Virus record (IMG/VR): IMGVR_UViG_3300033145_001771
Coordinates: 1 to 63,847 of that record
DNA: 63,847 nt
Origin: a virus
Taxonomy: Duplodnaviria > Caudoviricetes
Direction: 5' to 3' (one strand)
Within the stretch, counting starts at the first letter, position 1. The number at the start of each line of letters is the position of its first letter. Shown in pieces: positions 51,596 to 61,619 of this stretch. The notes under the pieces were generated by a model, which saw only the letters and a program-made list of their open reading frames with translations, was not told the origin of the DNA and ran no database searches. The translations under genes and the position numbers were made by a program.

Positions 51596-51879
51596 ATTTA
51601 GAGTGGATATTCGATAAGAAAAGAACAACTCCAGATAGACTTGAAAAGAGTAAGCATCTCAGCATATCTGAGTTAATTAAAACAAAAGATGATGTCTATT
51701 ATGGGTTTGTAGAAGGGAAAAGCTCCACTCATTCACCATCAATAGATATAAATAATCAAACTTGTATCTGTACTTGTGAAGATAGTTTATTCAACAATGT
51801 AGTATGCAAACATTTATTATGTTTGATTAGAAAAATCATTGGTGAAGAAGAGTTTAAAAAATACACAGAGGTGATATAA
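51592..51879 (+). CDS. SWIM zinc-finger protein
   Basis: CTCED...CKH. Confidence 0.8.
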   Translation: MNLEWIFDKKRTTPDRLEKSKHLSISELIKTKDDVYYGFVEGKSSTHSPSIDINNQTCICTCEDSLFNNVVCKHLLCLIRKIIGEEEFKKYTEVI

Positions 51880-51880
51880 A

Positions 51881-52695
51881 ATGGCATTTTTGTCAACTGG
51901 TTGTAGTTCAATAGACAAGTTATTCCCAAGTGACCCAGAGAGCACACAAGCAGGCGGGCTACCATCAAAAACAGTAAGTGGAATATTTGGACCACCCGAT
52001 TTAGGCAAAACTTGGTTTGGAGTTCAATGTGCAGTTATGAGCAACAGAGAAGAGAAGGTTGGTGGTCTGAATGCTCCAGCCCTAATTATAGAAACAGAAG
52101 GAATGTTTGGAAGAGAAGAAGCACTAGAAAGGATTGTAGGATATTATAAGAAAAGATGGTCTATTGAAAAGGATATAACAATTGATATTCATCCAGCAAG
52201 AGACCTTTATTCTTTAATGTCCCTATTTGGGTATAGCTTTAATTTAGAAACGAGTGGAAAAGCCAAAATCTCAACAAAAATAACTGGAATAGAAAAGACA
52301 AAAATTACAAGTGCGTTGTCCTTGATAGTTTCACAAATCCTGTCAAAGTCACAATTCCAAGCGAAACACAAAATCTACCTGCAAGGTCTATAGTTGAAAA
52401 TTCTTTGTTTGCTAGAATACAAGCTATTGCCGAAGCTTTTGACATAGTGATATTTATGACGCACCACGTAAGCACCAATCCAATCAACTTTTATGATACA
52501 GGCAGACCGTGGGGTGGCCCCATTCTAATGTATAACACGAAGTACCTCTTACAATTACTTCCAGCAACAAAACCAATCAGAGATAGATACGGAAGTAGAG
52601 CAAGAAGAATTGTGCGATATAGATATCCAGGCTTAGAGCAGGAAATGATACCTGTTATCCTTGAGAAAGACTATGGGTACAAGGATGCAGAATAA
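51881..52695 (+). pseudogene. RadA/RadB-like recombinase ATPase, frameshifted near 52295
   Basis: STGCSSIDKL, GG, Walker A GPPDLGKT, IETEG; Walker B VVLDSF and PWGG lie in the frame of 52405..52695. Confidence 0.8.
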
Positions 52696-53641
52696 TATAG
52701 TAGGTATAGATGAAGTAGGAAGAAGTAGTGTTTGCGGTCCCCTTGTCATTGCTGGGCTGAAATTAAAAAGTGGTCAAGAATCCTATCTACATCAACTTGG
52801 AGTAAAAGATAGTAAATTACTTCCAAATAAAGAGATAGACAAACTATCGCCTCAAATTATATCAATTGGTGACTTAATATATGTCTCAATAATAGAGCCA
52901 GAACAAATTGATAGTTTTAGAGACAAAGGACAATCATTGAATGATATAGAAACAAAAATTATAGCTGATATTATCCAAGCAATTGGCAACGATGCTAAAG
53001 TTTATATAGATTCCCTTCATCCAACAAAAGCATTTCTGAGTAAATTATCCAAAATGGTTGATATATCAAACGTTTATGCAAGTTATAATGCTGATGTCAA
53101 TATACCAGTAGTTTCAGCTGCTTCTATTATAGCTAAAAATCACAGAAATGTAGAACTAAAGATATTGGAAAAAGAATATGGTAGGATATGTGATGGATGT
53201 TTTCCCGATTATCATACCCAACAATTGATTCTAAACACTTATCCAAAAAAGTTACCATTTGTAAGATATTCATGGAGCCCAGTTAAAAAATTAATTAAAA
53301 GTTTTGATATTGGATTCCAAGATGATAAGGACTGGAAAAAGTTCTTTAGTCCTTACTATATATCTAAGATATCAAAACACTTAAAGAAATGGAATAATGA
53401 TAATATTAAGACCAGAGTAGAGGTTACTAAATGTCGTAATAGAGCTAGTTTAGTATCATACATAAGTATAAATACTATGAACAACATAAAGAGGAAGAAA
53501 ATACAATATAATATAAATACTAATCTAAATAATAGCTTTACTATTGATAATATAATAACTACTCATATTTTTACTAACTTTAGTTCTATAAAGAAGGGGT
53601 TTATAGAGAGACATCAACGAAAGATAGAGAGATATATATGA
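52685..53641 (+). CDS. rnhB: Ribonuclease HII with a low-complexity C-terminal extension
   Basis: GIDEVGR..GP, KDSK, IDS, AD...VSAASIIAK. Confidence 0.88.
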   Translation: MQNNIVGIDEVGRSSVCGPLVIAGLKLKSGQESYLHQLGVKDSKLLPNKEIDKLSPQIISIGDLIYVSIIEPEQIDSFRDKGQSLNDIETKIIADIIQAIGNDAKVYIDSLHPTKAFLSKLSKMVDISNVYASYNADVNIPVVSAASIIAKNHRNVELKILEKEYGRICDGCFPDYHTQQLILNTYPKKLPFVRYSWSPVKKLIKSFDIGFQDDKDWKKFFSPYYISKISKHLKKWNNDNIKTRVEVTKCRNRASLVSYISINTMNNIKRKKIQYNINTNLNNSFTIDNIITTHIFTNFSSIKKGFIERHQRKIERYI

Positions 53642-54282
53642 AGCCAGATAAACCACTAAATGTATTAGTTGATGTCCATGAGCCAACCCATATATATGAT
53701 GGCCTTAATAAATTTTGTAATTGTAAAAGAACATCACTTGAAGTTGGAGATATAGTTTATAACAGTATAGCAATTGAAAGAAAAAGCTATTCTGATTTTA
53801 TATCATCTATTTTAAATAAAAGGATTTGGAATCAAATTATTAATATGAAAAACAACTACAAGGATTGTTATCTAATCATTTCAGGCAACCGAAATGCAGC
53901 ACTTTTGAGATATAAACACCCACAACGGTTGGTCAACATGCTTTTAGGTACAATAGCAGCCATTTGTTATATGGGTGTCCATGTTCTATTTGTTGAAAAT
54001 GATGATGAGCTATGTTACTTATCAGAAAGGCTGTTTAGGAAGTCAATAACCCCTGGAACAAGACCACAGCAAATTACAAAGAAGAAGGAGAGTATAGAGG
54101 AGATTAGGGAGGATATGATATCTTTAATTCCAAACGTAGGGCTATCCAAAGCAAAACGTATATTAAGTAAATATCCCACTATTTTAGATGTCGCATCTTT
54201 ATCTAAGGAGGAATTATCAAGTATTGAAGGCATTGGTAAAAAGATATCGGAAAATGTTGTTAAAGTAATGAGAGGTGAATAG
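53638..54282 (+). CDS. ERCC4/XPF-family nuclease with HhH motifs
   Basis: VDVHE, LEVGD, IERKSYSDF, IPNVG, IEGIG. Confidence 0.9.
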   Translation: MKPDKPLNVLVDVHEPTHIYDGLNKFCNCKRTSLEVGDIVYNSIAIERKSYSDFISSILNKRIWNQIINMKNNYKDCYLIISGNRNAALLRYKHPQRLVNMLLGTIAAICYMGVHVLFVENDDELCYLSERLFRKSITPGTRPQQITKKKESIEEIREDMISLIPNVGLSKAKRILSKYPTILDVASLSKEELSSIEGIGKKISENVVKVMRGE

Positions 54283-55494
54283 ATGGCAGGAAAACCTTGG
54301 ACTCCTAAGGAGGTTAAAATTTTGAAAGAGAATATAAATAAATCAATAAAAGAGTTGATGAAACTGCTTCCGGGCAGAACAGAAGATTCTATAGTGAAAA
54401 AGAAAAATAGGATAGACAGCTTCAAAGATGATTGGTCTAAAGCTGAAGAAGAGATTCTCAGAAGGTTATATCCAAATACAGATAAATTTGAAATTGCAAA
54501 GTTATTATCCAATAGAACACCAGAGGCAATTGTAAAAAAGGCTAATCGTATGAAGTTACGGAAAAATAAAGTTAAGAAAGATAAACCAGAGGATGTTTTG
54601 GATATCTTGAGACAGACAAGAACTCCTATAGCTGCATCCAACATCGCATTAGCATTATCCATACCTAAATGGAAATTAATTGAGAATATTCAGATGTTAG
54701 AAAAAATGGGATATGAAATCAAAAAAGTAGTGCATGGTAATGAGACCTACTATGTACTTGCTAGATACGGAGATTTAGACACAAAAAGAATTTATAAAGA
54801 AGTTGGTTCAGTAAACACGCCGCTTTTGGCTTCAAGCGATTGGCATATAGGCAGCAGGGGCTTTTCAGAACTTGCATTCAAACAACTTGTAGAGGATGTA
54901 AAGAAATATAACATCAAGGATGTTTTGGTTGCAGGAGATGTGATTCAAGGCAAGGGAGTTCATGCACGAGAAGCCCTTGATTTATTAGTTATGAATATTG
55001 ATGACCAGGTTGATTTAGCTGTTCAGTATTTGAGCATGTTTCCAAAAGATGTAACTATACACCTGACCCATGGCGGCCATGAAGAGCACCTGATGGGCAG
55101 CGTTCGAGTAGGATATAATGCGCTTAGGCATATAGCATCAAGGGTTGACAACTGTATCTATTATGGATATGGTGCGAGGCTATCTCTTAACAATAAGTAT
55201 TCTTTAATTATGATGCACACATCGGGGGGATTGCCATACGCAACTTCATACAAGGCAGAACGGATTGATGATTCTTTAGTTGAAAGAGCAGATGTTTCAG
55301 TTTTTGGACATAGACATCAATTATTTACGATTGCCAAACCACCAGGCCGGCTATTAATTGAAGGTGGCACACTTCAAAGAGAGAATTCGTTTATTACCTG
55401 GAAAGGTGGAACAGCGCAGATAGGTTGGAGTATATTAAAAGAATACAATTCTGAAATGTCGGATGTGGTTTTGCGTAGGCCAAAGGTTTATTAG
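54283..55494 (+). CDS. Calcineurin-like metallophosphoesterase with Myb-like repeats and HTH
   Basis: WTPKE/WSKAEE repeats; SDWH, AGD, GGHE, GHRH. Confidence 0.8.
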   Translation: MAGKPWTPKEVKILKENINKSIKELMKLLPGRTEDSIVKKKNRIDSFKDDWSKAEEEILRRLYPNTDKFEIAKLLSNRTPEAIVKKANRMKLRKNKVKKDKPEDVLDILRQTRTPIAASNIALALSIPKWKLIENIQMLEKMGYEIKKVVHGNETYYVLARYGDLDTKRIYKEVGSVNTPLLASSDWHIGSRGFSELAFKQLVEDVKKYNIKDVLVAGDVIQGKGVHAREALDLLVMNIDDQVDLAVQYLSMFPKDVTIHLTHGGHEEHLMGSVRVGYNALRHIASRVDNCIYYGYGARLSLNNKYSLIMMHTSGGLPYATSYKAERIDDSLVERADVSVFGHRHQLFTIAKPPGRLLIEGGTLQRENSFITWKGGTAQIGWSILKEYNSEMSDVVLRRPKVY

Positions 55495-55504
55495 TTAAAA
55501 AGAA

Positions 55505-55546
55505 TATTTTTTTATAACGTCTATTAATAATATGGAGGTAACAAAA
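55505..55546 (+). promoter_or_regulatory. Promoter with 30-bp segment duplicated at 58405-58434
   Basis: ACGTCTATTAATA(A/G)TATGGAGG(T/C)AACAAAA after a TATA box. Confidence 0.6.
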
Positions 55547-55743
55547 GATGGGAATTTGGGTGGAAAGAAACCAAAAAAGAAGATGGTATCCAACCTGTGA
55601 ATGTCCCGTTTGTGCAAAAGTGGGTGGGTGTGGTTCGAGGATAACAGTGGCAACGAGGAGACATAATAATATTTGTTCATATTGTCGAAGGCAATGTATA
55701 AAGGAGTAGAATAACAGCACAAAAGTGCGAGGTGAAATGAAAG

Positions 55744-56076
55744 ATGATAGAAAAGATTGTCATTACTGATAATAAAAAATCTAAATGCCAGAAAATACCA
55801 GTTCGGTTAAATCACATCTATATCCACGCCCCAGATAAAATAGAAGTGGAATTAGAAAGAAAAGATGTCGATGGCAAAGTTCATATTCCTTTTACCCCAG
55901 CATTTATTACACTTTTAGTTGAAAAGCTGGATGAGATAGTGAGAGAAGAGATACGAGAACAAGAGTTTATATGTGAACGGTGTGGAAGAAAAGGGAAGCT
56001 TAGAACAATGCAATCACGTAAAAGTTTGCTTATATGTCCCCATTGCTACCAAGAAACTGAGGAGGATAGACCATGA
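55744..56076 (+). CDS. Zn-ribbon hypothetical protein
   Basis: CERC and CPHC. Confidence 0.55.
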   Translation: MIEKIVITDNKKSKCQKIPVRLNHIYIHAPDKIEVELERKDVDGKVHIPFTPAFITLLVEKLDEIVREEIREQEFICERCGRKGKLRTMQSRKSLLICPHCYQETEEDRP

Positions 56077-56344
56077 AAAATAAAGTTAGAGTGACATTAG
56101 TAAAAGGCAAGTCATTTGTATCAGAGATAGTTAGTGATAGCAAAGGAAATATGATATCCAAACGCACGCAGACAATGACAGGGATTCTTACCAGAGGGAA
56201 TGATGGAATGCACCACTTACATAGGAATTCCAAGGGATATTATGTCATTGACCCCACCAATATCAAATCTATAACAGAACTTAAGCACTAGCTTTTACAA
56301 TAATTTAAAATAGTAAGAGGCATATAAGATGTCTGGGGATTTTA

Positions 56345-58063
56345 TTGCACGAAATCGAAGAATATCTATCAAAGTCGTGTAGTCACATAAACTCAAATGC
56401 AAACATTTCCTACTCGTTTAGTGGTTTAAAAAGCTACCTGGCAGGCACTTTTTTAGCACGTGATATATTAAAACATAGCCCTGCGGGAGACTTGCATCGT
56501 AAGGGTAGTTTATATATCCATGATTTGGATAACTGGTTCGCACCATATTGTTTTGGTGCTGATTTGGGCACATTAATCTCAAAAGGAATTATTAATCCCG
56601 CAGGAGTATCATCCAAACCTGCTAAACATTTTGATGTAGTGATAGACCACATGATTAATTTCATCTACACTTCACAAACTGAATTCGCTGGTGCGCAGGC
56701 ATTCTCCCACATTGATGTTCTTTTAGCTCCTTTTGCTCGGTATGATGGACTAAGTTATAGACAGATAAAACAAAACATACAAAGACTAATTTATTCATTT
56801 AATTTCCCTCTAAGGTCTAGTTTCCAATGTCCATTCGTGAATCTGTCTTTTGATTTCAGAGTTCCAGAAACATTAGCAGACCAGAACGTTCTCTACAATG
56901 GTGAAGAGCAGAATGATACTTATGGTGAATTCCAGGAAGAAGTTGAGTTGATTAATAAAGCATTCCTTGAAGTGATGATAGAAGGAGATAAAACTAATCA
57001 ACCTTTCCCCTTCCCGATTCCAACATATAATATGACAAAGGATTTCGACTGGGATAGTGAGAATGCTAATTTGTTGTTTGAACTTACCGCTAAATATGGA
57101 TTGCCATACTTTATGAATTTGATAGGGTCGGGTATTCCAGAGAACTCAACAACTGCGATGTGTTGTAGGTTACAGCTTGATTTGACACAACTCCCACAAA
57201 GACGGGGTCTTTGGAACTTCTACCCAAATACCGGGAGCATCGGTGTTGTAACCCTCAATATGTCTCAATTGGGGTATCTATCAAAGAATGAAGAAGACTA
57301 TTACGAAAGATTGGACTTCTTATTAGATAAAGCTAAAGGGCAATTAGTGGAGAAGCGTAGACGAGTTAATGAATTATTCTCGAATGATTTATTACCATTT
57401 GTTAAAAATTATATATGTGGTTTTGACACATTTTTCAATACGATAGGTCTTGTTGGCATGAATGAAAGCTGCGTAAACTTATTTGGAGTCCCTATTACTG
57501 ATTGTCAGTCTTTTGTTGAAGATGTGTTAAGTTATATACGCCAGAAAACATTGGATTTCCAAAAAGAGACCGGTCAATTGTTTAATTTTGAAGCCACACC
57601 AGCAGAATCTGCAGCGCATAAACTAGCAGTAATTGACAGAAAGAGGTTTGGTGATAAAATCTATACCCAAGGAAATGGAACGCCATACTATACCAATAGT
57701 TCAAATGTCCCCGTTGATTTTGATTTAGATTTAATATCGAGGTTAGAGATAGAAGAAAGATTTCAACAATATTATACAGGTGGTTCTATATTTCACTTGT
57801 TCCACGGACAACATATGGACAGAGAGCAATCCAAATTTTTGGTGAAGAACATCTGTACAAATACAAAGTTGCCTTATATTGACATCACACCCACATATTC
57901 AATCTGCGATAGCTGTGGAATAATATATGGGGTTCATTATACATGTCCAAAGTGCAACGCTCAAACGAAAGTATATTCAAGAATCACTGGATACTATCGA
58001 CCCACATACAAGTGGAACCCAGGTAAACGCCAGGAATTTGAAGATAGAAAGATGTTGTTGTAG
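56345..58063 (+). CDS. nrdD: Anaerobic (class III) ribonucleotide reductase, no ATP cone
   Basis: YIHDLD, GAQ, PFPFPIPT, MCCRL, EATPAE, YSRITGY (glycyl radical site). Confidence 0.93.
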   Translation: MHEIEEYLSKSCSHINSNANISYSFSGLKSYLAGTFLARDILKHSPAGDLHRKGSLYIHDLDNWFAPYCFGADLGTLISKGIINPAGVSSKPAKHFDVVIDHMINFIYTSQTEFAGAQAFSHIDVLLAPFARYDGLSYRQIKQNIQRLIYSFNFPLRSSFQCPFVNLSFDFRVPETLADQNVLYNGEEQNDTYGEFQEEVELINKAFLEVMIEGDKTNQPFPFPIPTYNMTKDFDWDSENANLLFELTAKYGLPYFMNLIGSGIPENSTTAMCCRLQLDLTQLPQRRGLWNFYPNTGSIGVVTLNMSQLGYLSKNEEDYYERLDFLLDKAKGQLVEKRRRVNELFSNDLLPFVKNYICGFDTFFNTIGLVGMNESCVNLFGVPITDCQSFVEDVLSYIRQKTLDFQKETGQLFNFEATPAESAAHKLAVIDRKRFGDKIYTQGNGTPYYTNSSNVPVDFDLDLISRLEIEERFQQYYTGGSIFHLFHGQHMDREQSKFLVKNICTNTKLPYIDITPTYSICDSCGIIYGVHYTCPKCNAQTKVYSRITGYYRPTYKWNPGKRQEFEDRKMLL

Positions 58064-58109
58064 TCTCTACTACCTTTATTTTTAATACATTTTTATATGA
58101 GCTAATGTA

Positions 58110-58245
58110 TATACCCATTTTTGGTGTGTAACCCCAAGGTGTAATAGCAATTTTTGTATAAAAACGCCATCGCCCCACTGCTCCTCTGCGTTTATAGTTT
58201 CATTCAAATTTAGACCATAATCTTGCCGATGCTCTTGGATTATCG
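58110..58245 (+). repeat. Dispersed non-coding element, copy E
   Basis: TAACCCCAAGGTGTA...AAAACGCCATCGCCCCACTGCTCCTCTG...GCCGATGCTCTTGGATT with the same spacing as copy B. Confidence 0.6.
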
Positions 58246-58384
58246 TAGATTTCTTGTTATATCTTTTGTCCACTCAAAACCAAAAGTATTTAAAGAACAA
58301 GCGTATAAATTCAGCATGTGGTGGATGAAGCGGATTACAAAATAGAGGTAATCTTTGATTGACACTTTAGAAGCACTAAACAAC

Positions 58385-58440
58385 CGATAAGTATATATAC
58401 TATGACGTCTATTAATAGTATGGAGGCAACAAAAAGAGGT
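58385..58440 (+). promoter_or_regulatory. Early-type promoter
   Basis: GTATATATACTATGACGTCTATTAATAGTATGGAGGCAAC. Confidence 0.55.
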
Positions 58441-59057
58441 GAAAATGAAAATGACAGACAAAATAGTCAGCAGATGTCGTTATTGTGGCGCATTCAGTAC
58501 GATGAACGAGGAGACACACTATGAGGGGTGTAAAATCATAGGATTAGCAAAGGGCACCCCTCACGAAGAAAGGATACGGGTCATTAAAACAGATGGTAAA
58601 GAGTGTCATTTATCAATAAGGGGCGATGAATGGAAACCTGGGATATTGAGGTATTAGCATGGTGAAGAGGTGAGTGAACACCGCCAACGGGGCGCGGTCA
58701 AGTTTCCCCATAGAAAATAAAGAGGCGAAATGAAATGGACGAGAAAACACGAAAGAGAATAGAAGACATCAATGCTACTGCTTACGCACTTTCAAACAAA
58801 ATACAAGACCTTCAAATAGACGAAGGAATCGATATGCGAGTTGAAATCATTGAGTATCTCAAGGAGAAATTAGAGGTGAAATGAAAGATGAGAGTAAGAA
58901 TAGAATGTAAATATTGTGGCTTTGTTATAAACCCTGACATTCTAAACCCTCAAAGATTCAAGTTGGTATATTGCCATAATTGTAAAAGATGTTTCAAAGT
59001 AAAAATGATAAATAAAAAGTTTAGGAAATATGAATTAAAAAAAGAGGTGAAATAGAG

Positions 59058-59501
59058 ATGGTTAAAGAGATTATGTATTTCGAAATCTATGCAGATACAA
59101 GATGCAAGTCTCCTCGTTGGGTAGCTTATTGGCTCGGTAGAGATGATTGTCACATTATGGATTGGCGTGGATGTAACTTTAGAAGAATTAAAATTAAGAA
59201 CCAACCAAAATTTGATTCATATTGGGAAGCACATGCTTGGGCTTCGAATAAACTTATGGAGAGAGAGAAAAGAGGAAAAGAGCGGATTAAACGAATTGAG
59301 GAGAACGGTGGGAGAACATTGGGATATCAAGGATTTACTGTCGAGGGCACGGGCACGCATATTGGTGAAAGAAATGAATTCGACCCCCGACAAATCGATA
59401 ACGATGACTTTAGGGTTAGGGGGGGCAGAGAGTTTACACAAGAAGAGTGGGACAATCTAAAAGAGGAATATCGAGAATGGAAGCGTACTGGAGGATATTA
59501 A
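59058..59501 (+). CDS. Hypothetical protein
   Basis: GAGGTGA RBS; open frame. Confidence 0.55.
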   Translation: MVKEIMYFEIYADTRCKSPRWVAYWLGRDDCHIMDWRGCNFRRIKIKNQPKFDSYWEAHAWASNKLMEREKRGKERIKRIEENGGRTLGYQGFTVEGTGTHIGERNEFDPRQIDNDDFRVRGGREFTQEEWDNLKEEYREWKRTGGY

Positions 59502-60263
59502 GGAGCCACTAACATGAAGAAATGGCAAAAGTATGTTGGAAGATTTAAAGGGCAGGTCACAGGCAGAATATCTGAATTTGTATTGTTTGCTCAAAGTGAG
59601 CAAGCTGCAAAAAAGCATCTCAAAAGATATGAAAGCGAATATTGGAAATTAATTGATGTGAGGAAATGCGAATGAGCTTTGAATATCCATTTGACTGTTT
59701 CAAGAAGTGCCCGGATGCAAGTATATATCAGATTTCAGCATGTTATTATGGAAATAATGAGAAATGTCCAAAAGAGTGCAAACAATATCTATAAATATAA
59801 TGTCATATAATAATAGAACGGGGGTTTGGAGATGGAGTCTTTGTGTGAAAAATGTGCTCACAACGAAGTGTGCATCAGGAAGCCAAACTTGACACTGCAA
59901 AAGGTACATAAAATGAAAGTGATAGTAGTAGAGTGTGGAACATACATGGAGAAATGAGATGGCGTATATCCAACATGGCAAGTCGCATGTGATTCTAGTC
60001 ACATCAGGAGAAGTTATTGGTCATGGGTATTTGAACAAAGATAAATATGGAAATTCTTATTTAACTCTTTATCTAAAAGCTGATAGAAGTGTGCTTAAGA
60101 TTAATGTATTTGAACGCAAGCATATGAAAGGTAAAGTGTTTCAGAACCCAAGCAAATAAACTTGAGTTGGTCACAATGATAATTCCAGAATGGAGATTGT
60201 ATTATTGGAAATGCAAACGGTGTAACAGCTTTAACAGCCCTATTAATAGATTTTGTAAAAGAT

Positions 60264-61619
60264 GTGGTCAGAGGCGGTAGAATGAATAAGAGTTTTGATT
60301 CTTTAATTAACAAGTGTCATTTCTGTGATTGTTTGGAAGGTATGAAAAAATTGCCAGATGAATCCATTGATGCGATTGTCACCGACCCCCCATATGGCCT
60401 AAGCCCAACAGACCATTGGCGGTGTGGTATGACAAAAACAGCTACAAAAGGATTTATGGGTAAAACGTGGGATGTTCTACCTTCAATAGAAATTTGGCAA
60501 GAGTGCCTTCGTGCTTTGAAATCTGGAGCATTTGCTTTTATAATGAGTTCGCCAAGGCTGGATTGTTTGAGTCAAACAGCTTATAAGCTACAAAAGACAG
60601 GGTTTGATATTAGCTTTACTCCTATCTTTTGGGCTTATGCAAGTGGGTTCCCAAAAGCATTAAACATTTCAAAGGCAGTGGATAAGAGGTTTGGGGTTGA
60701 AAGAACTAGAGTTCCAGCAACGGGAAATCTTCACAATTCTAAAGTATCCCATGGTTGGTCAGAAAGAGAATATTCTGGAGATATGGCAGATACAACCCCA
60801 ATAACTCCCCAAGCCAAAGCTCTTGATGGTTCATATGCTGGCTTTCAGCCCAAACCTTCAGTTGAGGTGATTATAGTTGCTATGAAACCTTTGTCTGAGA
60901 AAACATTTGTTGACCAAGCACTTAAAAACAGAAAAGGAATCACTTGGCTGGATGATGGAAGGATTCCTTATAAGGATGAAAGTGCTTGGTGGAGAATTCA
61001 AAAAGAGGGATGTTGGATTGCTCACAATATATATGGAGATAGAAAAAGATTGTTGAAACAATATGGAAATCAGCAAGGGCGTTTCCCTGCCAACCTTTTA
61101 GCAAGTGATAATATATTGGACAATGAAATAGCAAAAGAGAGTTCAAGCTTAAGTTCAATTGATAATGATGTTACCTATGACTATGAAGATTTGGCTTTGT
61201 TTTCCAGATATTTTGACCTTGACAGATGGTTTAGAGAGCGAATCAAACTATTGCCTAAGTCAGTTCAAAAAACATTTCCATTTTTGATTGTACCGAAGCC
61301 AAGCAAAAAAGAAAAAAGACTAAGAATCATATCAAGACCAAAGGATAAACCATTTCACCATTATACAACAGAACAAAATAAATTATCAGGTATTTTCCAT
61401 CCTACTGTTAAACCACTTAAGCTTATGCACTATTTAATAACTATTGGCTCACGTGAAGGGGATATAATTTTAGACCCATTTATGGGTAGTGGGACAACTG
61501 CTCTGGCCGCCCAACATCTTAATCGAAAATGGATTGGATTTGAAATTAATAAGGAATATCAATCAATTATCAAAGCTCGTTTAGCACAAAAGAGTATAAG
61601 GCAATGGTGTAATGATTAG
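60264..61619 (+). CDS. N6/N4 DNA methyltransferase (beta class)
   Basis: TDPPY, GFPK, GRFPAN, HPTVKP, DPFMGSGTT. Confidence 0.92.
   Translation: MVRGGRMNKSFDSLINKCHFCDCLEGMKKLPDESIDAIVTDPPYGLSPTDHWRCGMTKTATKGFMGKTWDVLPSIEIWQECLRALKSGAFAFIMSSPRLDCLSQTAYKLQKTGFDISFTPIFWAYASGFPKALNISKAVDKRFGVERTRVPATGNLHNSKVSHGWSEREYSGDMADTTPITPQAKALDGSYAGFQPKPSVEVIIVAMKPLSEKTFVDQALKNRKGITWLDDGRIPYKDESAWWRIQKEGCWIAHNIYGDRKRLLKQYGNQQGRFPANLLASDNILDNEIAKESSSLSSIDNDVTYDYEDLALFSRYFDLDRWFRERIKLLPKSVQKTFPFLIVPKPSKKEKRLRIISRPKDKPFHHYTTEQNKLSGIFHPTVKPLKLMHYLITIGSREGDIILDPFMGSGTTALAAQHLNRKWIGFEINKEYQSIIKARLAQKSIRQWCND

Noticed and set aside
54015-54662. Long antisense ORFs (e.g. 54015-54662, 14126-14629, 24109-24543)
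   Set aside because: Shadow frames of well-supported opposite-strand genes with no motifs or RBS.
58655-58712. Short GC-rich double hairpin as a tRNA remnant
   Set aside because: Stems are only 4-5 bp with no acceptor stem; could be chance.
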